DNA of 64,000 bases, taken from contig JBIOHP010000004.1 in NCBI GenBank assembly GCA_044449065.1, forward strand, positions 141,884-205,883, written 5' to 3'. Shown piece by piece: positions 10,068 through 19,604 of the stretch. Made by a program: the position numbers and the translations under genes. Numbering within the stretch: the first letter of the stretch is position 1; each line of letters starts with the position of its first letter. This DNA comes from Bacteroidota bacterium. GTDB lineage: Bacteria; Bacteroidota; Ignavibacteria; UBA10030; SZUA-254. The notes beneath the pieces were generated by a model. The model was not told where the DNA came from, made no database searches, and saw only the letters and a list, made by a program, of their open reading frames with translations.

Positions 10068-10799
10068 GTGAGAATGTTCTCTTCTTCCGAACCCATATCG
10101 CAGCGCCGAATACCGTATGCAAGCCAATCATGGGTTTGGCTCATCACGTTTTTGGCGGCTATTTATTTATATGGGTGCATCAGTATACGGGAAACACTTG
10201 ACATGGTACAGATATTAAAAAAACCAACCGCAAGCTGGACAGTTACCGAATGTAACGCCATTCTCATCGATTGCATGAGCAATACTGCAAGGAACCCGAT
10301 GATTTCAGATGTACAAGTGTTCGCGCTACCAACCTACCCCAAAGTCCTTCTCGCATATAATATGAGGAAGATGCGCACGCTCCACTGGACCCAGCAGGAA
10401 TTTAACGAGAGCGTGGACCGGCAAGCGCGCAATTGCCTTCATATGACGTATGAGGGTTCAAGAAATATTTTTCTGGATGAGAGCGGCAATACGTACCGGG
10501 GTCCCGATCAGATCGTTTCGCTAATGATTCTTATATCGATTGAAAATATCGGAGGGATGAGGCCCGATATCTCTAATCTGGAAGACCGGATTTATCTGCG
10601 GAATGAACGGGGCGAGGTGGTTTATCCGGATGAGGTCAGGGGAAGGCGTAATCGATCACTCCTACTCCGGGAAAACCTGCAGGCAGTGTTTAAATTCAAT
10701 CGCGCGCGCGTTCATTTTCTCGGGGAATCAAGGGAGATCGAGCTGGTGATTTCTGGTTTTAACGAAGAGATACACCTCCCGCTTACAACGCCGGATTAA
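10068..10799 (+). CDS. Hypothetical protein, possible lipoprotein
   Basis: 243-aa ORF with a hydrophobic stretch ending LYGC; no family recognised. Confidence 0.55.
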   Translation: MRMFSSSEPISQRRIPYASQSWVWLITFLAAIYLYGCISIRETLDMVQILKKPTASWTVTECNAILIDCMSNTARNPMISDVQVFALPTYPKVLLAYNMRKMRTLHWTQQEFNESVDRQARNCLHMTYEGSRNIFLDESGNTYRGPDQIVSLMILISIENIGGMRPDISNLEDRIYLRNERGEVVYPDEVRGRRNRSLLLRENLQAVFKFNRARVHFLGESREIELVISGFNEEIHLPLTTPD

Positions 10800-10992
10800 A
10801 TTTTTGAGACAATCAAAGATGTAGATTTCCATGGTCTTGAAAGTTCGAAAATCTTCAAAATTGTCGCTGAATTAGTATATTGTAATTAAGAATGGAATAT
10901 ATACCTAAATTCATCAAAAATTGCACCCTCGTATTGTGTAATTTATTTATAAAACCCATTATACCTTCAACAAAATAGAAAGACTTATATCA

Positions 10993-11559
10993 ATGAAACG
11001 TATCATCATGTGTATATTGGTTTGCGCGGTATGGTTCTGGGGATGTTCATCATCCGGCTCTTCGACGACATCGGGAAGTTCGAACATCGCTAACACAGCT
11101 AAAGCCACCGACACTACTGCAGCAACTCCCACAACCCCGTCAACAACAAATCCACCGAAGGACACAATAATAAAGGAAGCAAGCATGAATTATCCCGGCG
11201 ATTCAACCCAGGCGCAACCAACATCAACTAATTCCGGTTTAGAATATATCGATATCATCGCCGGCGCCGGTGCGTCTCCCCTGAAAGGGCAGAAAGTTAC
11301 GGTCCATTACACCGGTTATCTCACAGACGGAAAAAAATTCGATAGTTCGGTTGACCGGGCACAGCCATTTTCATTTACCATCGGCGTTGGTCAGGTCATC
11401 CGCGGATGGGATGAGGGAGTGCTAACCATGAAGATAGGCGGCAAGCGCAAACTCATTATTCCACCGGAACTCGGCTATGGTGAAGAGGGCGCCGGCAATG
11501 GATTAATTCCCGCTAATGCGACATTAATATTTGACGTTCAGTTACTCGACATTAAATAA
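10993..11559 (+). CDS. FKBP-type peptidyl-prolyl isomerase, lipoprotein
   Basis: Lipobox FWGC, S/T/P-rich linker, VHYTGYLTDGKKFDSS, VIRGWDEG, PPELGYG. Confidence 0.95.
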   Translation: MKRIIMCILVCAVWFWGCSSSGSSTTSGSSNIANTAKATDTTAATPTTPSTTNPPKDTIIKEASMNYPGDSTQAQPTSTNSGLEYIDIIAGAGASPLKGQKVTVHYTGYLTDGKKFDSSVDRAQPFSFTIGVGQVIRGWDEGVLTMKIGGKRKLIIPPELGYGEEGAGNGLIPANATLIFDVQLLDIK

Positions 11560-11585
11560 TGATTCTGTTGTAGTTCATAACTATC

Positions 11586-11714
11586 GGGGTCGTCCAAAAA
11601 GTTCGGAAGTGTAGAGTCCGATCCCCTGATCGGACTAAATATCCTCCGATCACATCGGATTTTAAAATGTCCATTCGGGGAATGGACTCTACACAGTTCT
11701 TTTTAAACGGTCCC
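11586..11714. repeat. MITE-like element enclosing an inverted REP doublet
   Basis: Imperfect 16-bp terminal inverted repeats (ggggtcgtccaaaaag / ctttttaaacggtccc); inner GTAG-AGTCCGATC-CCCT-GATCGGACT and the inverted GTAG-AGTCCATTC-CCC-GAATGGAC. Confidence 0.7.
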
Positions 11715-11731
11715 ATTACATAAGGAACCTC

Positions 11732-14398
11732 ATGAAAACATCTCTGCGATTTGTACTGATTGCTGTTTTTCTTTTCACAGTGTTCTTACTTCCATCCTTC
11801 GGTCAAACGAAAAATTCCGGAACACGATATAAAAATCCCAAACTTCCAATAGAGCAGCGGGTGAAAGACCTTCTCTCGCGGATGACGGTGGAGGAGAAAA
11901 TCGCCCAATTGCAATGCGAGATCACCGACCCTGAAGGGAAACACATCATCGGCAAAAACGGTATCGGAGGTTTAGGGACATTTACCCGCCGCTTATCGCC
12001 GGGGCAAGCGGCTGCGAAGGCAAACCGCGTGCAGCAGCTCGAACTTGACAGCTCCCGGCTGGGAATCCCGATCATCATCCACGATGAAGCGCTCCATGGT
12101 TTGGTGGGCACCGGTGCGACAAGCTTTCCGCAGGCAATCGGTCTTGCAAGCACATGGGATCCCGATCTGATGGAAAAAATATCCGGGATTATTGCCGAAG
12201 AAACCCGCAGCAGAGGTATCAGGCAGGTGCTCTCTCCCGTTGTCAATGTAGTGCGCGACGTACGCTGGGGAAGAGTTGAAGAAACATACGGAGAAGATCC
12301 GTATCTCTCCGCCCGGATGGGCGTGGCGTTTTGCAAGCCGCTTGAGCAAGCCGGTATCGTTACCACTCCGAAACATTTCGTTGATAATGTCGGCGAAGGC
12401 GGCAGAGATAGTTATCCGATTTTGGAATCCGAACGAAAGCTTCGCGAGGTGGATTTTGTTCCTTTCAAGGCGTGTTTCCAGGAAGCGAATGCGACATCGG
12501 TCATGGCGTCTTATAATAGCTACGATGGATTGCCGTGTTCGTCAAATCCCTGGCTCTTAACCGATGTCTTACGGAATGAATGGGGCTTTAAGGGATACGT
12601 CGTTTCGGACTATGGATCGGTCGGGGGAATCATGGACATGCATCATACCGCCGGAACACAAAAAGCGACGGCGCAGCAGGCGCTCGACGCCGGACTTGAC
12701 GTCGAATTGCCCGGCGTGTATATTTACGGAAAACCATTGCTGGAAGCGGTCAATAAAGGATTGATTAAACCTCAAATTCTTGATAATGCAGTCCGCAGGG
12801 TGTTGGCTGTAAAATTCCGTCTCGGTCTTTTTGACAACCCATTTGTCGATACATTGGCAGCTGATAAGGCGAATGATAATCTTGAACATAGACATATTGC
12901 ATTACAAGCCGCCCGTGAAGCGATGACGCTTTTGAAAAATGATAACGCCACGCTGCCTCTTAACAAAGGGATAAAATCTATTGCGGTTATCGGACCGAAC
13001 GCCGACGCGATCCGCCTCGGCGGTTATAGCGGGACAGGAATGAAGGTCGTCACCGTATTGGATGGCGTCAGGAATAAAGTTGCCGCTGCTTGCACGTTGA
13101 AATATGCAAAAGGATGCGACCTTAGCGCGCTGGCGCTTCCTGTGATTCCATCGAAATATCTTATTTGCCCCGATCCCACATTAGGGTTATCCGGTCTGAA
13201 AGGCGAATATTTCAACAACGCCACGCTTTCAGGAACTCCGGTTTTGGTTCGCCTCGATCCGACGATTAATTTTGATTGGGGGAACGGCTCGCCCGATGCT
13301 AAAGTTCACTCCGATTCATTTTCTATCCGTTGGACCGGCAAACTTGTTCCTGCGCAATCAGGAAGATATCGATTGAGCATATCGAGCGACGACGGAGTTC
13401 GTCTTACCATCGGGGGAAAATTAGTTGTCGATAGCTGGTTCGACCGCGGGGAAACTGCGGATTATGTTACGATTGATTTCGAAGCCGGAAAACAATATGA
13501 CGTCAAAATTGAATATTACGAAAATATGGGCGACGCAGCCGCCAAATTCGGATGGGATTTTCAAGAGGGCGTCGACCATGATTTCCTGGATGCAGTGACC
13601 GCCGCGAAAAATTCGGATGCGGCGATTTTTGTAGCAGGTATTCTTGAAGGCGAGGGAAGAGACCGCGCAGATCTCGATCTCAGCGAAACACAGGAAAAAC
13701 TTATCAGAGCAATTGCGAAGGTGAATTCGCATACCGTCGTTGTCTTGATGACCGGCAGCGCGGTCACCATGAATAACTGGATCGATGGAGTTCCGGCAAT
13801 CCTTCAATCGTGGTATGCGGGCGAAGAAGGCGGAAAAGCAATTGCCGACGTTTTATTTGGCGATTATACTCCGGGAGGAAAAATTCCGATCACATTTCCG
13901 ATCACCGTGGGGCAGGAACCGCTGTATTACAGCCATAAACCGACAGGCAGAGGCGACGATTATGTCACAACTTCCGGCAAGCCGTTATTTCCCTTCGGAT
14001 TCGGTTTGAGCTACACAACCTTTGAGTATTCCAATTTGAATATCACTCCCGCTCAAATTTCGCCTTCCGAAGCAGTGACAATTACCGTTGATGTAAAAAA
14101 CACCGGAAAAGTGCACGGCGATGAAATCGTTCAGCTTTATACTCATACGCCTGTTGCAAGTGTAACGCGTCCCTTGAAAGAGTTGAAAGGATTTAAACGC
14201 GTGGGGCTCGATCCCGGAGAAAAAAAATCGGTGTCGTTTACACTTGATCGTCAATCCCTGGAATTTCTCAACCAGGCGATGAAGCCGGTTGTGGAGCCGG
14301 GAACAGTAGAAGTGATGATCGGGACGTCTTCGGCGGATATTAAACAACGCGGCTCATTCACTATTGCCGCTGAACCAAACGGAAAAAGACGTAGGTAA
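11732..14398 (+). CDS. GH3 beta-glucosidase/xylosidase with PA14 insertion and C-terminal Fn3-like domain
   Basis: DEALHG, RWGRVEETYGEDP, KHF, VSDY nucleophile motif, GLKGEYFNN/SDDGVRL PA14, PLFPFGFGLSYTTFEY. Confidence 0.95.
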   Translation: MKTSLRFVLIAVFLFTVFLLPSFGQTKNSGTRYKNPKLPIEQRVKDLLSRMTVEEKIAQLQCEITDPEGKHIIGKNGIGGLGTFTRRLSPGQAAAKANRVQQLELDSSRLGIPIIIHDEALHGLVGTGATSFPQAIGLASTWDPDLMEKISGIIAEETRSRGIRQVLSPVVNVVRDVRWGRVEETYGEDPYLSARMGVAFCKPLEQAGIVTTPKHFVDNVGEGGRDSYPILESERKLREVDFVPFKACFQEANATSVMASYNSYDGLPCSSNPWLLTDVLRNEWGFKGYVVSDYGSVGGIMDMHHTAGTQKATAQQALDAGLDVELPGVYIYGKPLLEAVNKGLIKPQILDNAVRRVLAVKFRLGLFDNPFVDTLAADKANDNLEHRHIALQAAREAMTLLKNDNATLPLNKGIKSIAVIGPNADAIRLGGYSGTGMKVVTVLDGVRNKVAAACTLKYAKGCDLSALALPVIPSKYLICPDPTLGLSGLKGEYFNNATLSGTPVLVRLDPTINFDWGNGSPDAKVHSDSFSIRWTGKLVPAQSGRYRLSISSDDGVRLTIGGKLVVDSWFDRGETADYVTIDFEAGKQYDVKIEYYENMGDAAAKFGWDFQEGVDHDFLDAVTAAKNSDAAIFVAGILEGEGRDRADLDLSETQEKLIRAIAKVNSHTVVVLMTGSAVTMNNWIDGVPAILQSWYAGEEGGKAIADVLFGDYTPGGKIPITFPITVGQEPLYYSHKPTGRGDDYVTTSGKPLFPFGFGLSYTTFEYSNLNITPAQISPSEAVTITVDVKNTGKVHGDEIVQLYTHTPVASVTRPLKELKGFKRVGLDPGEKKSVSFTLDRQSLEFLNQAMKPVVEPGTVEVMIGTSSADIKQRGSFTIAAEPNGKRRR

Positions 14399-14462
14399 AT
14401 AAATCATTCGACTTATTATTGTTATTAACCTCAATTCGAATTAGTTCCGGATACCGGAGACC

Positions 14463-15704
14463 ATGAACATCTACGCCGTTATAATCCTTTCAACGCTCGT
14501 CATAAGCAACCTCCTCGATCTTATCGCGAACTTCTTAAATCTCAGCACCGTAAACGATCCGCTGCCGGAGGAATTTGCCGGTATCTTTGATGAAAAATCT
14601 TATCGTAAGTCGCAGGAATACACAAGAACCACGAGCGTCTTTGGAATGGTAACATCAGAATTTGATTTGGCAGTCACGTTGCTATTTTGGTTTCTCGGCG
14701 GATTCAATTATCTCGACACAATTGTTCGTGGTTGGAATCTGAACATGATTCTTATCGGTGTTTTGTATATCGGGATCCTTGTTCTTTTCCGATCGCTGCT
14801 TTCGTTGCCGTTCTCTCTCTACTCAACGTTCGTAATCGAGGAGCGGTTCGGTTTTAATAAGACCACCGTAAAGACATTCATTACCGATCTTTTAAAAGGA
14901 CTTTTCTTGTCCATTGTTCTGGGAGGTCCCATTCTTGCAGGCGTAATCGCCATTTTCATGTATGCAGGAAACCTCGCATGGTTGTACTGCTGGATTGTTG
15001 TATCTGTTATCTCGCTGTTTATTCAATTCATAGCGCCGACCTGGATCATGCCGTTATTTAATAAGTTCACTCCGTTGGTGGAGGGCGAATTGCTCGATGC
15101 CATCCTCTCGTATGCTCAATCGGTGAGTTTTCCATTGAAAGGAATTTTCGTCATGGATGGTTCAAAGCGATCAAGCAAAACGAACGCTTTTTTCACCGGT
15201 TTTGGAAAAAACAAACGGATTGCGCTCTTCGATACGCTCATCGGTAATCATACGACCGACGAGTTAGTTGCGGTGCTTGCCCATGAAATCGGACATTATA
15301 AAAAGAAGCATATCATGCAATCTATTATAATGAGTATTGCGCATCTCGGCTTTATGTTTTACCTGCTCTCGATCTTTGTGAGTCACGAGGGGCTTTTCCA
15401 TGCGTTTTATATGTCCTCCATGTCCATTTACGCCGGGCTGCTTTTTTTCGGAATGTTGTATTCGCCCGTGGAGGAAATATTATCCATTGTTCTCCAGATG
15501 ATTTCACGGAAGCATGAATTTGAAGCGGATCGTTATGCCGTCGAAACGACAAGATCGCAACAATGGATGATCGCAGCATTGAAAAAACTTTCACGTGAAA
15601 ACCTATCGCACCTGACGCCTCATCGTTTCTACGTTCTGTTGAATTATTCGCATCCGCCGGTTTTGGAAAGAATCCGCGCGATTAAAAATATCGATATATT
15701 GTGA
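14463..15704 (+). CDS. M48 family (Ste24-like) membrane zinc metalloprotease
   Basis: Multiple TM helices, DGSKRSSKTNAFFTG, HEIGH, EFEADRYA, YSHPP. Confidence 0.95.
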   Translation: MNIYAVIILSTLVISNLLDLIANFLNLSTVNDPLPEEFAGIFDEKSYRKSQEYTRTTSVFGMVTSEFDLAVTLLFWFLGGFNYLDTIVRGWNLNMILIGVLYIGILVLFRSLLSLPFSLYSTFVIEERFGFNKTTVKTFITDLLKGLFLSIVLGGPILAGVIAIFMYAGNLAWLYCWIVVSVISLFIQFIAPTWIMPLFNKFTPLVEGELLDAILSYAQSVSFPLKGIFVMDGSKRSSKTNAFFTGFGKNKRIALFDTLIGNHTTDELVAVLAHEIGHYKKKHIMQSIIMSIAHLGFMFYLLSIFVSHEGLFHAFYMSSMSIYAGLLFFGMLYSPVEEILSIVLQMISRKHEFEADRYAVETTRSQQWMIAALKKLSRENLSHLTPHRFYVLLNYSHPPVLERIRAIKNIDIL

Positions 15705-15813
15705 AAGGTCATCGCGATCCCGACCGAAGTCGGGAGTAGCGATCTCCTTATATCGATGCAAATTGCAGAACTTTGAATATAATTTAAGCGATGAATCAGA
15801 CTTTTCACACGCT
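15700..15813 (-). mobile_element. MITE-like element, copy 1
   Basis: Reverse complement matches the copies at 28045 and 60872 (TGTGAAAA-N14-TTAAA.TATATTCAAA..TTGCATCGATATAAGGAGAT.GC-hairpin-CGC.ATGAC-TTTCACA). Confidence 0.75.
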
Positions 15814-15847
15814 CTCAATCCCCCTCTCGTAATTTTCGGCCGTTCAC

Positions 15848-16915
15848 ATGACCGATAACGCTGCATCCGGTATGCAGGAACGGGAGCCGTCCCCGCGCAT
15901 TATTCACACCGCCGCCCCGGTCCGCATCTGTGATATCGGTGGGTGGACGGATACATGGTTTGCAAAATATGGTTCTGTCGTAAATATTGCCGTAACTCCG
16001 CGCGTTGAAGTTCTATTGAGCGTGTATCCCCGCCACCGTCAGAAATATCATATCAAGATCCATTCTAACTTTTTAGGCGATCTGTATCTTCCCGGTAAGA
16101 CAGATAAGCCGGACGAACGATTTCACATGGTAAGAATAATACTTACCCATGCTGTCATTCCCCATACCGTTGCGATGGACGTGCAGATACAATCTCATGC
16201 GCCGCCCGGAAGCGCTGTTGGGACTTCGGCGGCGGTGGCGGTTGCCCTTATCGGCGCTCTGGAACAATTCCATTCACGCTCGATAAACCCACAATCGATT
16301 GCATACAAAGCCCACGAAACGGAAACCGTATTGTTGAAGGGACAAAGCGGAATCCAGGACCAGCTTTGCTGCGCTTATGGAGGGATCAATTTTATTGAAA
16401 TAACAGAATACTCGCGCGCTATTGTTCATCCGCTGAAAATATCGCCGGGGATTTTTTCAGAACTCGAAGAGCGGCTTGCGCTCATTTGTCTCGGCACTGC
16501 GCACAATTCATCGTCTATTCACGAGAAAGTTATCGCGGATGTGGAATCGAGAGGACCGGAATACGAACCATTGAGGCAGCTTCGCTTGGCGGCAATTGAC
16601 GCACGGGATGCGCTGCTCACCGGCGATCTACAAAAATTCGGCTATGCAATGCGGCGAAATACTGAAGCGCAATCGCAGCTTCATCCCGATCTTGTTTCAA
16701 AGGAAGCGTTGAAGATTATCTCCATCGCACAAAAATATGACTCCCCGGGATGGAAAGTTAATGGCGCGGGAGGTGAAGGCGGTTCACTCACATTGCTTGC
16801 CCCTGATTCTGCGAATAAAAATTTAACGATGCTCCATGAAATACAATCCGATCTTCCAAATTCAAAATATATTCCGGTAATAATAGATAGGGAAGGATTA
16901 AGGGTGCGGGAATAA
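15848..16915 (+). CDS. GHMP kinase family sugar-phosphate kinase (HddA/heptose-7-phosphate kinase-like)
   Basis: APVRICDIGGWTD, PPGSAVGTSAA P-loop, GIQDQ..CAYGG, KVNGAGGEGG. Confidence 0.85.
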   Translation: MTDNAASGMQEREPSPRIIHTAAPVRICDIGGWTDTWFAKYGSVVNIAVTPRVEVLLSVYPRHRQKYHIKIHSNFLGDLYLPGKTDKPDERFHMVRIILTHAVIPHTVAMDVQIQSHAPPGSAVGTSAAVAVALIGALEQFHSRSINPQSIAYKAHETETVLLKGQSGIQDQLCCAYGGINFIEITEYSRAIVHPLKISPGIFSELEERLALICLGTAHNSSSIHEKVIADVESRGPEYEPLRQLRLAAIDARDALLTGDLQKFGYAMRRNTEAQSQLHPDLVSKEALKIISIAQKYDSPGWKVNGAGGEGGSLTLLAPDSANKNLTMLHEIQSDLPNSKYIPVIIDREGLRVRE

Positions 16916-16986
16916 GTGCCGGCTCGTTACCCCTTCTGCGAAAAAAGCCATGGTAGACGTACCATCCAGTGATAAGATAAATTTTC

Positions 16987-17499
16987 TCATTTCACCCTTT
17001 CGAAGTTAAACACCTTCGGATGTCCCATCACGCCGTCTTTACTGAATGTCCATTCCTCGGTAAAATGATCGGCGTCTTTAAACGTTAGGACGAGCTTTTT
17101 CATATATCCGTCTTTAGGACCGGCAAGATTGGTGGCGTCGACAAACGTGAAGGCAAGCTTGTTCGGGTCTTTCATGGCGCCGTCTGCTTTCATGCGCGGC
17201 TGGTTGCCGGCTGAACAATAGTGCGTCATCATAAGATTTTTCCCGTTCATATGGTACATGGTAATCATGGTGGCTGAGTCCTGGGCGACGTTCAGCATTT
17301 CCATTACTGCGCTGCCCGAAGATACGACCTGGTAGTTGATGCTGACTTTACCGCTGTCATCGGTCGTTCCGTTCCAAGTTCCTGCCATGGATTTCATCTT
17401 TTCAAACGCGGGGGATATTGATGCTGGCTCATCCATCCCGCCTGCGAAAAGCGTTCCGGCCCAAAAGGTTAGGATGATTGTGAAGATGAGGGTTCTCAT
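16987..17499 (-). CDS. Conserved exported hypothetical protein (beta-barrel-like)
   Basis: Signal peptide; FEKMKSMAGTW, LMMTHYCSAGNQPRMK motif. Confidence 0.7.
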   Translation of the reverse strand: MRTLIFTIILTFWAGTLFAGGMDEPASISPAFEKMKSMAGTWNGTTDDSGKVSINYQVVSSGSAVMEMLNVAQDSATMITMYHMNGKNLMMTHYCSAGNQPRMKADGAMKDPNKLAFTFVDATNLAGPKDGYMKKLVLTFKDADHFTEEWTFSKDGVMGHPKVFNFERVK

Positions 17500-17672
17500 T
17501 GGATTTTTCCTTTCAATGTCTGGTTAGATGATTTTTAGAATATAATAGATGCATTGGTGATTATCAAAAATGGCTGTGCTATCTTTAGTCGATTTGAAGG
17601 GGGTATTAACAATATCGTTATCAAATGGCAAAATCCTGTGGGTGGTTAAAACTCCCCAAAATGTACATTTTC

Positions 17673-17701
17673 TTGACTCTCTACTCTTTTTTCTCTATAT
17701 T
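17673..17701 (+). promoter_or_regulatory. Sigma70 promoter of the yceD-rpmF-fab operon
   Basis: TTGACT (17673-17678), 17 bp, TATATT (17696-17701). Confidence 0.7.
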
Positions 17702-17766
17702 CATATAGTTTTTTCAAGAAAATGCTTGGAATCCAGCGGTATTGACCATTGGAACGGAAAGCTTTT

Positions 17767-18282
17767 ATGAGAAATGATCACGAAGAAATAAAAATACGCA
17801 TTTCAGGGCTTTCTAATGGTGTTCACGAGTATCACTTCGATGCTCTGCCTGCGGATTTGGGGTTGGAGGAAGCTTTTCAAACACCCGTTTCTCTTGATGT
17901 AGAACTTGAGAAAAGCAGCCGGCAACTTTATCTTAAATCGAAGATTATTGCCGATGGAATTTTTATTTGCGACCGGTGCCTGGGGGAGTTTAAACAGACA
18001 CTCTCCAATCAGATGAACACGGTATTTGTATACAACGAATCTGATTCTAAGGATGATGACGGGGATGAGATACGGGTCATCACCCCTGAAACGATGAGCA
18101 TCGATATTACCGATGATGTGCGGCAGGCGATTATTCTCGCGGTGCCGTTGAAGATGTTATGCAGCGAAGACTGCAAAGGATTGTGTCCGCACTGCGGAGT
18201 GAACCGGAATATCCGGTCGTGTAAATGCCGCGAGATCAAAGAAATTGATCCCCGGTGGGAAAAGTTGAAAAAAATATTATAA
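17767..18282 (+). CDS. yceD: DUF177/YceD large ribosomal subunit accumulation protein
   Basis: CDRCL, LAVPLKMLCSEDCKGLCPHCG, DPRWEKLK; directly upstream of rpmF. Confidence 0.92.
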   Translation: MRNDHEEIKIRISGLSNGVHEYHFDALPADLGLEEAFQTPVSLDVELEKSSRQLYLKSKIIADGIFICDRCLGEFKQTLSNQMNTVFVYNESDSKDDDGDEIRVITPETMSIDITDDVRQAIILAVPLKMLCSEDCKGLCPHCGVNRNIRSCKCREIKEIDPRWEKLKKIL

Positions 18283-18306
18283 GAATTAACGAAGGATAAA
18301 TCACCA

Positions 18307-18486
18307 ATGCCAAATCCAAAACGACGGCACTCGAAGTCACGCGGCGCGAAGAGACGCACACACTATAAAGCTGTTGAACCCTCAGTCGCCGAATGCCCAA
18401 ACTGTCACGAGCGGAAGCTCCTCCACCGCGCTTGCCCCAACTGCGGGTTTTACCACGGGCGCTCCGTTATTATCCCTAAAGAATAG
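18307..18486 (+). CDS. rpmF: 50S ribosomal protein L32 (59 aa, below the ORF-track cutoff)
   Basis: Translated by hand: MPNPKRRHSKSRGAKRRTHYKAVEPSVAECPNCHERKLLHRACPNCGFYHGRSVIIPKE; Zn-ribbon type. Confidence 0.97.
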   Translation: MPNPKRRHSKSRGAKRRTHYKAVEPSVAECPNCHERKLLHRACPNCGFYHGRSVIIPKE

Positions 18487-18581
18487 CACGCTTTTATTAC
18501 ACGGGTGATCGGAAATATACAGCGCCGATGTTGCAATGATGCTGCTCGTGTTGTCTGAGTACCTGAATTCATTCCAGTAAC

Positions 18582-19604
18582 GTGTCGGAACCTGAACGCT
18601 CAAAGATCCGCATTGCAGTGGATGGAATGGGCGGTGATTATGCCCCAAACAATATTGTTGCCGGAGCGCTTGATGCGCTACGGGAGACGAATAACCGGTT
18701 TGAGGTCATCCTGGTGGGTCCCGAACAGGTTTTAAAAGAATCCTTAGCGAACCGAACAAGCAGCGGTTTGCATTACACGATTGTGAACGCAACGGAGATT
18801 ATCGATATGCACGATAGTCCCACCGATGCCCTCCGGAAAAAAAGAGATTCATCCATTACAGTGGGGATCACGCTGCAAAATCAAGGAAAAGCCGATGCAT
18901 TCATCAGCGCTGGAAATACGGGGGCGGTAATGTCGGCGTCGACTTTGATACTCGGCAGGGTAGCCGGTGTCGGTCGGCCCACGATTGGCGCATTTTTACC
19001 CGCAGAAAAAGGCGTTTGTTTGTTGGTGGACGCCGGCGCGAATGTCGATTGCAAGCCACAGCACCTTCTGGAATTTGGAATCATGGGGAGCATCTATTGT
19101 CAGGAAATGTTAGGAGTTGAACGACCCACGGTTGGTCTGCTCAATGTCGGGGAAGAAGATACCAAGGGGAACGAAATAGTTAAGGAAGCGTTCAAGCTTC
19201 TAAAAGAAAGCAAGCTGAATTTTATCGGCAATGTTGAAGGGAAAGATATTCTCCAGGGGAAAGCCCTGGTCGTCGTCGCAGATGGATTTGTTGGAAATAT
19301 TCTCTTAAAATTCGGGGAAAGCATTCCCCGTTTTCTTAAAAGCTCGATCCTTCAGTATGCGGCAAAGAATAGTTTCAGGAAACTTACAGCGCTTGCCATG
19401 CGTAGCTCAATGCGCCAGGTATTTAAGAGCATGGATTACGAAGAACATGGCGGAATACCGGTGTTGGGCGTAAAAGGTATTTCAATTGTCGGACACGGAA
19501 AATCAACCCCGAAAGCAATTAAAAACATGATTTTAAAAGCAGAAGAAATGGTGAAGAAAAATATTAATCAACGTATTCAAGAATCGCTCGGTAAGGCGTC
19601 ATGA
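18582..19604 (+). CDS. plsX: Phosphate acyltransferase
   Basis: IAVDGMGGDYAP, SAGNTGA, LVDAGANVD, GLLNVGEE, DGFVGNILLK, GHGKS. Confidence 0.97.
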   Translation: MSEPERSKIRIAVDGMGGDYAPNNIVAGALDALRETNNRFEVILVGPEQVLKESLANRTSSGLHYTIVNATEIIDMHDSPTDALRKKRDSSITVGITLQNQGKADAFISAGNTGAVMSASTLILGRVAGVGRPTIGAFLPAEKGVCLLVDAGANVDCKPQHLLEFGIMGSIYCQEMLGVERPTVGLLNVGEEDTKGNEIVKEAFKLLKESKLNFIGNVEGKDILQGKALVVVADGFVGNILLKFGESIPRFLKSSILQYAAKNSFRKLTALAMRSSMRQVFKSMDYEEHGGIPVLGVKGISIVGHGKSTPKAIKNMILKAEEMVKKNINQRIQESLGKAS

